NCBI RefSeq assembly: GCF_009914755.1
Contig: NC_060926.1
Strand: one strand, 5' to 3'
DNA: 64,000 bases
Source: the human T2T-CHM13v2.0 reference genome, Homo sapiens
Of this stretch, positions 45,546 to 64,000 are shown piece after piece; positions within the stretch are counted from its first letter, which is position 1; every line of letters starts with the position of its first letter. Position numbers and translations under genes: made by a program. The notes under the pieces were generated by a model. It was not told the DNA's origin. It saw only the letters and a list, made by a program, of their open reading frames with translations, and made no database searches.

Positions 45546-46345
45546 ATATCCACAAGCTGTTAAAAACCATCCAATTAGAACTGATAAAAATTTTTGAGTC
45601 AAAGAAGTTTTTGATGTCAAATGGCAAGTTTGGTTAATCTAGGAAAGTTTAATTGAAAGTTGAAAGTTTTCTAAAAATGGAGATGCTGGAAATGTCCTTT
45701 AAAAGGCTTTGTAAATGGATAAAAAATAAATCAAATTCATAGGAAAATTCCCGTTGGAAATGCTGAAATTCTGGCAATGTTCAGAAGAAAAATAAGTTAA
45801 TCAGTAGACTAAATTTCCTTAGTACCTGCCAACAAATTGAACATTTCTTAAACTGCATGAAGCTGGGAGGGTATAGACAGAGTGGTGAGAGGGCACACCC
45901 ACCTAAAGTCAATCAAAGCACACTTCACTTGTTGGCCATACAATAAATAAGCAAATACCAACAAAGCAAAACTAACCAAAACCAACAAAAGATCCCTACA
46001 TTCTAAGATTCCAATTTACATCAAACTGCGTCTGTATAAAGACAAGTATTGGAAAATCTATAAGACAACACTAAACTATGAAAGACACATACCTAACTCA
46101 AGAAAGTAAAATTTGGTATGGGTGATTTTTTAAAATTGTGTATACAAATATATATTTTTCTTCAGATAAACTTTTGAAAACAATAAACATACACATATGT
46201 AGGAAGATTTATTTCAAATTCTTAATATCTAGCTTAGAAATGAACTTGTAAACACAGTTTGATAGGAAATTTTAGAGAAAGAACAGCTACAAATCATAGA
46301 TTTATTTATATATTTTTAAAATAGCTAGGATTTCTATTGACTTTA

Positions 46346-49561
<3,216 letters not shown>

Positions 49562-50047
49562 TCTTTGCCTATTTTTCTGTTGACTTGTTTATGCTTTACT
49601 AATTGAGTTGTATAAATTCTTCATATACTTTGGACATTGTAATGCAAATATCTTTACTGAGTCTGTGATTTATATACAGGACATTTTGTATAACAAAACC
49701 TGTGATTTCGATATACTCAAATATCTGAATCTTTTTCTTTACTATTTGCACATTTTAAGGCACATTTAATATACCTTTCCCTATTCTCAGTGTCATAAAG
49801 ATAGCCTCCTATATTTTCTTTTGAACTCTGAATTTTATTCAGTTTGTTTATCCGAGGAGCTGAACAGTAAGTACTAAAACTGTTGGAAAACAATATTAAT
49901 TTTTGGCTCTAAGAGGGTTTCCAGCTTTATGTGAAGTCTCCTTTCAACACCATAAATAATTGAGAGTTGCTATTTAAAACCATACATACAAAGTTATAGT
50001 TTCAGGATACTAAAAAAAATAGAAAAGAGTAAGGCATATAATCTTAC

Positions 50048-50200
50048 GTGAGTGAACAAAGCTTCCTTCCTTAACTCTTCAGAACTGTCATTTGGAGTCC
50101 AAGCTTCAGCAAACTGCAGGAAATCCCATTTTTCCTTATCACCTTCCTCAGCCTGAATTTTTTCTTTCCTACCGTTCAGTGTGCTCCCTGTAACTTGAGC
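50048..50200 (-). CDS. ZRANB3: ZRANB3 coding exon (AQVTGSTLNGRKEK...EELRKEALFTH)
   Basis: 153 nt between gtAG and GTaag. Open and in frame with both neighbouring exons. Confidence 0.94.
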
Positions 50201-50352
50201 CTACAAGAGGAAAAAGTAAATGAATTTTTGAGCAGTTCACCTCACAGCTGAAATTCACTAAGTAACTTGATTTTGCATTTAAATCATAAGCTACCCACTA
50301 AGAAAATCTTACTGTTCCAACATATCATGGGCTTTAGTAATATAATTATCTT

Positions 50353-51643
<1,291 letters not shown>

Positions 51644-51646
51644 TCT

Positions 51647-52096
51647 AGTCTGTTTTCTTTTGCTTATAACAGAATATCTGAAATTGTGTAATGTGTAAAG
51701 AAAATGAACTTATTTCTTATGGAAGCTGAGAAGTTAAGGTTGAGGGGCCACATCTGGTGAGGGCTTCTTGCTGGTGGGTACCTGCGGAGTTCTGAGACAG
51801 CACAGGTCATCTCATGGGGAAGGGGCTGAGTGGTGCTAGCTTAGGTCTCTCTTCCTCTTCCTATAAAGCCACCAGTCCCACTCCTATGATAACCCATTAA
51901 TCCCTCAATCCATGAATGGATTAATCCATTCATAAGGGCAGAACCCTCATGACCCAATCATTTTTTTTCTTTTTTTTAGAAGAGGGTGGGAAAGAAGGTC
52001 AATCATCTCTCTTAATGGCCCACCTCTCAATACTGCCACAGTGGGGATTAAGTTTCAAAGTAAGTTTTAGAGGGAATGAACATTCAAACCATAGCA
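51647..52096 (-). mobile_element. MST/MLT1A-type MaLR LTR
   Basis: ggcagaaccctcatgacccaatca...cattcaaaccatagca is a reversed MaLR LTR start. Confidence 0.7.
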
Positions 52097-52300
52097 ATAA
52101 TTATCCAAAATTATAATCCATTACCCAGTCAATGGTTCCATGCTTAATGAGAAAAGGTTTAACTGGAGAAGTTATACTATTCACTTTCTTCATAAAAACT
52201 TTTATTCTAATATTTATATGCTTTGAAACTTAACCAACATATGATCGGCCATTTTAAATATTTATATCCAGTGCTTAAAAAACATTTCATTGAAAAACAG

Positions 52301-52635
52301 TGCTATGGGCTGAATGTTTGTATCCCCCCCAAATTCAGATGTTAAAATCCTAACTCCCAATGTTGATGGTGTTCGGAGGTGGGGCTTTTGGGAGGTGATT
52401 GGGTCATGAGGGTGGAGCCCTCATGAATGGGCTTAGTCCCCTATAAAAGAGACCCCAAAGAGCTTTCTTGCCCTCTTTCCACAATGAGAAAGCAGTAGTC
52501 AGCAACTTGGAAGAGGGCCCTCACCAGAACTCAACCATACTGGCATCCTAATCTCAGACTTCTAGCCTCCAGAAGTATGAGAAATAAATTTCTGTTATTT
52601 ATAAACTACCCAATATAGATTGGTACTTTGTTATG
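52301..52635 (+). mobile_element. MLT1A-type MaLR LTR, followed by a minus Alu (52673-52980)
   Basis: tgctatgggctgaatgtttgtatcccccc...aataaatttctgttattta. Confidence 0.75.
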
Positions 52636-52664
52636 GCTGCCCAAACAAACTAACCCAGAAATAA

Positions 52665-52990
<326 letters not shown>

Positions 52991-53475
52991 TAATCCTTAG
53001 TCAAGTCCTTTCTATAAACATTGTCAAGACTGAGGAAATGAGACAGCTGAGAGGACAGAGCAAGCAATGTCATTCCTACATTTTCTAGAGTCTGGGTACA
53101 GGCTACCTTCTGTCCAAAATTAGCTTGGAACTCAAGAATTCTTCTAGAAAAGGTTTATTCTTAGGTTACGCAAAGGACTTGGGGCTTGAAACATTACGTT
53201 TCCTTGCTAGCCAACCCCATCATTGTACCTCTAAAGTAGTAGAAGGGCTTGGAAGATAACAGGAGTACGTGGAAGTTCATGCCTCTCTTATTACAGAGGA
53301 GAGCAGACAAGGTACTACTACTGAAGCCTTTTCTTAACTTGGTCTCTATTATCATCATTATCTTGATGTGCTTAAGTATCCTTTGCCTGAAAACACTAAA
53401 ACTCAGCCTCTTAACTCACATTGGCTATGGTTAATAGTAAGTAAGCTGCTAACTTGATTTAAATTCAAGCTTTAC

Positions 53476-53655
53476 CTTGCGATTCAACATTCCCCACATA
53501 AGGGTGTCTAGGGTTCCATTTGCAATAAGGTAGTGAATATTCACAGAACTGCACTGGCCAATTCTGTGAGCTCGGTCTTCTGCTTGTTTTATATGTCCAG
53601 GGTCCCAGTACAACTCAGCAAATACAACATGACTTGCTGCAGTAAATGTTAATCC
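53476..53655 (-). CDS. ZRANB3: ZRANB3 coding exon ([34 protein letters not shown]...MLNRK)
   Basis: 180 nt between cttAG and GTaaa. Contains helicase motif [13 protein letters not shown]. Confidence 0.96.
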
Positions 53656-56281
53656 CTAAGTGAAATAAAGCAAATAAATTGAGAATGTAACATACAGCCA
53701 ATATATAATAAAGTATTTCTGAACATGTTAAATGGAGAACACTGAAGGACTTGAAAACAAATTAGTTGTCTATTTTAGGCCAAATTAAGATTTAATTCAT
53801 GAAAGGCAAATGAAGAATGTTTAATGCAACATAGCTAGGTGAACTACAAAAAACACATTTGAAAGGTATTTCAAAATTTCAAAAGTCAGCTTGATGTAAG
53901 TATATAAACTAAATCACTTTATTCTCTGATGATGAACGGATTCACATTACCACTGGAAAATCTAATAAAATACTTTATAAATGAGAATACAATTTCCAAC
54001 ATATGGTATCTATAGCAACCAGGCAGAGAGCATTTACATCCTCTTCATCTAACTCACACTGTCATGTTATAAAGCAAGAAAACAACGTCTCTGGTTATAC
54101 TACTTTCTTCCTGTGATGTTATATTCCGAAGACCTGAAATTTACTGCCTATGTCTCAATATATACAATGCAATTGCATTTTCTGTACAACTGCATTTTCA
54201 TGAATTTGAAATAGTGTGACATAAAAATATTAACTAAGTCTTGCTTTATAATCAATATATGAAATAATGCAAAATCCTCAAACTAAAAAATGTGTCAAAC
54301 TAAAAAATGTGTCCAAAAATGCATGACTTTAATGTTGGTAGGCTGAATGAAATGTGAACCACGCTTATGCTATAGCCATATAGCAGTAAAATGACATTAG
54401 GTGGTAAACAGAAATATCTGCCTTTTTTTGAGTATTATTTAATCAATGCTGTTTGTTGTTCATATGCACCAAACTCCTATGAGTGACTTTTGTGACTGCT
54501 ATGCTATTATTTTGATATGTTATTTTCACTTAAAATATTTTCATGTCACATAACAAAATCATGCTAGCATTAATTAAATGGTGGTACTAGTTCTCAAGCT
54601 GAAAAATTTACTGAAAATCAGTCTCTGAAAAAGAAGTTAGAGGTAATAAAAATACAGAGACAAATATATTAAACTGTACTGCTATTTAGGACTGAAAATG
54701 CCACAGAATATTAGAAATAATGCTGAAAAAATAAAAAGTAGTATTTAAGGAGAGACATCTTTAATTTTATAAAAAACATCATTTGATTATACAAGCATAA
54801 AGGGAAAATATGTTGGCAAGATCAATACCACTCTAAGCAGCTGCTAAACTATAATGTAAGATTCACAGTACCAAGAACAAAGACCTTTCTACTTTCCTTT
54901 ATTCCTATGGAGATATCAGTCCTCAAGTATATGAGTCTTGATTTATATAAGGTCTTCAGAAGCACAGCCTTGAATAAAATGTAAGTGCCCCATACATTAT
55001 TAATTTCAAAAGGTCCTAGACTCTCCTGTCTGGCTTTCTCCTACTTAGCACCTCCCCAGCTCTAAGTACTTCATTTCTAATTCTAAGCCCTTTTTGATGA
55101 TATTCTCTGTGGCTGGAACAGTCTAACAGATAAATAACTCCGATTATTGGAAGTTTAACTGAACATGAGGGAAGCATTGAGACAACCCTCCTTTTGGTTA
55201 GAACTCCCAGAGAGTTGTGGAACTGCTTCATCCTCATAAAGTTTCTCTCTGTATATAATTTTATATACTTTAATTAGCCGAGTAAAAGCAGATCTTTGGC
55301 ATGTACCAGCTTGGCTGAACAGCAGTATGCTCAATTACTTTTCCCTATGTTAAATATCCTAGCTTAGACATTTACAACAAAGTATTTTAGAATGCTGGCA
55401 GAAAAACAGTCCAGAAGATCCCCTCTTACCTACTGTGGCAGAGACTGCCATTACTTTCCCTAATATCTATCCTTCTCTTATTCCTTTGTAACATAACACC
55501 CAATTTTTAGCAGGGCTACGTGGAATAAAGAATACTCTTCCGAGCTTCCCTTGAAATTAGGTGTGGTTGTGGGACTAACTATAAGAGATGCAGTGTGCTT
55601 TTCTCCAGGCAGCTGCTTAGACTGCAGATAAGATGGAGCTCTAGCAGCCCTTTTAGATAAGACATACTTGCTAAGAGTGGTAAAGCAGAAAGCGAGAAGG
55701 GGTATAGGTCCTAAGGACTTTGTGCAAACATCAGGCTAGGCCTGGACTGTCTACATAAGAGAATTAAACTTTGTGTATTTAAGTCAGTCTTAATCTGAAT
55801 TTCTGTTTACTTGCCTTCAAACTTAATCCTAAGGGACAAAACAGAAGCACTCCATAAAAAGTCCTGAGACAAGAGTTCTTTTCCCCCAGGCCACCTTGTC
55901 ATACAGGTCCTAATGCAACACAATCAAGTAAGTGAAGGGTTGGATATAAGACAGGTATAAGAAAAGCCTATACAAATTCAAAGGAAGGAAAAAAGGTCAG
56001 GCAAAAATATTACAATCAAATTAACTATACTCTTCTTACTCTTCTTTGAAAGTATATTCTTTCAAAGACATCCTTTCCTTGAAAATTTAGGAGATCTGTG
56101 TCAAAGACATCGAGGCCTCTTTCTATTATACTTTCTGGAACTCTCTGAAGAAGAATTACTATTTATTATACAAGGCATCCAGATACAAAGTTACAAGTTT
56201 ATAAACCAAAGTTATAGTGAATGGCCTTTTTTCTTATTTCAATGACATTTCATAACCAAATTTAGACTTGAAATTTCTTAC

Positions 56282-56401
56282 CTGGCCAGCAGCCTGAATG
56301 CTTAGGATAGCCACGCGAGTGTCAGGATCCTTTTGAAACTGATTAACCAGATGTATTCTTTCTGAAGATGAAACACTTCCATCTATCCTAATGTAACGAG
56401 T
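56282..56401 (-). CDS. ZRANB3: ZRANB3 coding exon (TRYIRIDGSVSSSERIHLVNQFQKDPDTRVAILSIQAAGQ)
   Basis: 120 nt between ctAG and GTaag. Contains SNF2 RIDG and motif V LSIQAAGQG. Phase 0/0. Confidence 0.95.
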
Positions 56402-56927
56402 CTAGCATCAACAAGGAAAACGGCAAAATTAGGACAAGGCCCTATGTACCCATCTCATTTTATATATTTTACAGCTTATTTTTATGGTCACATAACAAAA
56501 TGGAACTTGGTTAAGGTGACAGATTGGTAAATGTTATACAAGAAGAATCTTAACCAAGATTTTTAATAGCTTCTTATAACAATTTCTTATTTTTTTAATC
56601 TTTTAAGCTACTTGAGGGTAGAGTCTATGTCTAATTCATCTTTATCCCATCAATGCCAAGGGCAATGCCTTGTATATAGCAGAAGCTCCACAAATCTTTT
56701 ATGAATTAAGCTAATGTTGTCTTCAGTAAAATTCTACGTAAATTGACACGCAAACTTTAAACCATGGATCAGACTAACTCTAAAGTTATAAGATCACTAA
56801 TTCTAAAGTGAAAATACAGCCAGACATGTGAGAAAAGAGAAAGATGATTCTGCCCACAAATCACGGATTCATGAAGAGTAGTACATTTATTTCTGAAATA
56901 TCCCAAATATTAACTGGGAAAATAGAG

Positions 56928-58350
<1,423 letters not shown>

Positions 58351-59095
58351 TATATCTACATTTTTAACTCTTAGTAAAGCTAAATGGGATTCTAAACATA
58401 TCAGTAAAATGGATGTAAGAAAAAAAGACTATTATACTTGGAATCGATCCCAGTAGTTTTAAGGTATAATGGAATCAGAATAAGAAAAATATTACGAATC
58501 TAATTTCTTGCCCAATCATTTAAAAAATATTTAGGTTAATTAACTCTTAGAGGGTGTTTTTCAGAAACTATATGATAACCAATGAGAAAGTACCTTTTAA
58601 TGTATAGCACTTTATTATAACTCTTCCTATGAAGGAAACACTAGAAGTATGTCTTTGGTAATATTAATGAACATATTACCTAATGTTTAAACAATGTATA
58701 CTAAGTTTTTATCTTTGATAGAAACAAAGGAAGATGTTGTCACTCACTGGTGGACTATTGGAAATCAAGGTAGACCTAAGAAGATGCAGTAAAGCCACAT
58801 GGCTTGATGGAGCTAACCTGATAAATTACTTGGGCCATATGTTTCAAATACATCTACACTAAATTTTAGTAATCATTTTCCATATATTGCCTGGAAGTTT
58901 AAATAGTATGACTGCAGTTGGGTACTAACATTGGCCAAGTTCATTCTTTCTTTCCTCTCTATGTCACCCACATTCAAAGGCCACTGTGTAGGTAAATAAA
59001 AAGTCTAACGTTTAACTGTCTACACCACTCTAAAACGGTATATCCAGGAACAAAAATAAAATTCACATTATAGCCTATCATGGCAGCATATCTTT

Positions 59096-59892
59096 TTTTT
59101 TAGCAACCTTTTTTTAAATTTTTTTAATTTATTTTTTATTTATTTATTTTTAGTATTTATTGATCATTCTTGGGTGTTTCTCGCAGAGGGGGATTTGGCA
59201 GGGTCATAGGACAATAGTGGAGGGAAGGTCAGCAGATGAACAAGTGAACAAGGGTCTCTGGTTTTCCTAGGCAGAGGACCCTGCGGCCTTCCGCAGTGTT
59301 TGTGTCCCTGGGTACTTGAGATTAGGGAGTGGTGATGACTCTTAACGAGCATGCTGCCTTCAAGCATCTGTTTAACAAAGCACATCTTGCACCACGCTTA
59401 ATCCATTTAACCCTGAGTGGACACAGCACATGTTTCAGAGAGCACGGGGTTGGGGGTAAGGTTATAGATTAACAGCATTCCAAGGCAGAAGAATTTTTCT
59501 TAGTACAGAACAAAATGGAGTCTCCTATGTCTACTTCTTTCTACACAGACACAGCAACAATCTGATTTCTCTATCTTTTCCCCACATTTCCCCCTTTTCT
59601 ATTCGACAAAACCGCCATCGTCATCATGGCCCGTTCTCAATGAGCTGTTGGGTACACCTCCCAGACGGGGTGGCGGCTGGGCAGAGGGGCTCCTCACTTC
59701 CCAGAAGGGGCGGCCGGGCAGAGGCGCCCCCCACCTCCCGGACGGGGCGGCTGGCCGGGCGGGGGCTGCCCCCCACCTCCCTCCCGGACGGGGCGGCTGG
59801 CCGGGCGGGGGCTGCCCCCCACCTCCCTCCCAGATGGGGTGGCTGGCCAGGCGGGGGCTGACCCCCACCTCCCTCCCAGATGGGGCGGCTGG
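59096..59892 (-). mobile_element. 5'-truncated SVA (partial VNTR + SINE-R + A tail), sense to ZRANB3
   Basis: GC-rich VNTR units and SINE-R text. 17-bp TSD catggcagcatatcttt at 59079-59095 and 59893-59909, with a TT/AAAG endonuclease site. Confidence 0.95.
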
Positions 59893-60149
59893 CATGGCAG
59901 CATATCTTTAATCAATCCAGATAATTTGGTCAGTGGAAAATTATGAGATCAGTTAAGAAAAGAGAAAATTTAATAGTATATAATCATCATCATATAATAT
60001 TAATATAATTTTCAAGAAAAATGTGTGATAATTTATATACCATCATCTAAAGAAGACAAAAAACACCTCAACTATGAGACTACAACTGATGTTTAGTATA
60101 GTAAAAATATGCATTCTAAAAAGTATTTAGTTAAAAAATGGCAACATAC

Positions 60150-60269
60150 CTTATTTTCGATGACTGCTTCTGTGCAAGCTTGGAGCATGCTTAAATGGTG
60201 AGCAAAAACCAGAAATTTAAGCGAATCATTCTGAAGCATCATCTTAATATAATCCTTTACAGCACCTGC
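60150..60269 (-). CDS. ZRANB3: ZRANB3 coding exon (AGAVKDYIKMMLQNDSLKFLVFAHHLSMLQACTEAVIENK), helicase C-terminal lobe
   Basis: 120 nt between tttAG and GTatgt. Manual translation matches recalled ZRANB3, including the SNF2 motif IV-like KFLVFAHH. Phase 0/0. Confidence 0.95.
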
Positions 60270-61099
60270 CTAAATATTAAAAGGTAAACCTTATTAGTGT
60301 CATAAAAATGATTATTTAAAATTTATGTCACTTTTAATAAAGCAAGAAAAATGGCTTGAAAATCAGTAAATATGAACTTTTAGCTGCATTGTTCTCTAGG
60401 TAGCCTAAGGAAGTAGAAGCCCACATATAAGGAAAATGTAAAAGAAGAGGGACAAGAAGGGGAAAAACTGAGCAATTAAATGAGAAGAAGACAAGAATTA
60501 GAAGAATTAAAAAACAACACAACAATGGGTTTCAATGGAAAGGAGGTAGTCAAGTAGGCTATGGCCAAGAAGGAGTTGGCAGTTTTGTTTAGAAGGTGAT
60601 TTTCAAAAAAGTTTATATATAAGACCAAGTAGAACAGAGTTAAGGAGAAAACAGAAAGCAAAAAAATCAGATGAAGAGCATTTTTTTTTAAAAGGGAAGA
60701 TTGAAAACAGTAAGAAATCAGGGACTGAAGCTTAAGGTTTAAGGAAAGTTTTTTTTTTTTTTTTTTTACTTAAGAAACTTAGGTAGACTTACAAATAAGC
60801 AGTTCAAGGAGTACACAGATTAAGAGAAATGGAAATGAGGTCATTTAGCTTATCTCTGGGATGGAGAAGGTTCCAGAAGAGGCTGGAGTGATGGGATGAA
60901 GACAACGGTAGTGAGGTCTGAGAGAACAGGGGGACATATAGAACAATTATGACACAGAAGGAAGAAAATTTAAAAAGTTCAGATTAACAGGTAACTTGAG
61001 GCCAAGTTACTTACTAAGAGTGAAAAATCAATTTGATATGAAGCAAATACGAATTAAAGAGGATAGCATGAATTAAGTTTAAAATCTATGTATCTTTTA

Positions 61100-63750
<2,651 letters not shown>

Positions 63751-64000
63751 AATACCTACTTAAAATTCATACATATGACTATAAAGTCACATGACAGATT
63801 CTGCAAACTACATTTTGCATGTCTAAGTTTTCTAAACCACAGAAATTCATCATACAATGAGAGTAGGGGCTGTTAAGAACTTTAGCCTTGGATTTCAGTG
63901 CCTTGGAAAGTGGAAGTGAAGTACTGTCAAAATAAGGAGCTATAAATTCTGGATATGTTGTCATGGCAACTGAACCACTTTAATAAAGTGCATATTTGCC

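Noticed and set aside
45189-45627. Tyr/Ile-rich ORFs
   Set aside because: Artefacts of the TA-rich repeat.
54278-54314. 17-bp direct duplication caaactaaaaaatgtgt (also a 13-bp one at about 29208-29233)
   Set aside because: Ordinary slippage duplications with no further structure.
59599-59915. GC-rich tandem units and Pro/Gly-rich ORFs (CRISPR-like array or CpG-island promoter)
   Set aside because: These are SVA VNTR repeats with no unique spacers.

Overview
Primate, almost certainly human, genomic DNA from inside the ZRANB3 gene (SNF2-family annealing translocase/HNH endonuclease; chr2q21 from recall). The gene is transcribed on the minus strand. Nine internal coding exons (60269 down to 1943) have GT-AG boundaries and join in frame. 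They encode the C-terminal helicase lobe, the PIP box, the NZF zinc finger and the start of the substrate-recognition region. The rest is intron dense with repeats: about 45 Alus, a full-length but ORF-broken L1PA4-like element antisense to the gene, a complete THE1A provirus nested in an internally deleted old L1, a 5'-truncated SVA, ERV1/MaLR solo LTRs and DNA-transposon relics. Three observations stand out. (1) A decayed duplicate of a ZRANB3 exon, split by an Alu, sits behind its own in-phase splice acceptor. (2) The L1 antisense ORF0 reads through to a phase-0 donor that would fuse in frame to the PIP/NZF exon. (3) There are in-frame alternative donors on two exons. Repeat subfamily names and repeat boundaries come from recalled consensus sequences and are approximate; no searches were run.
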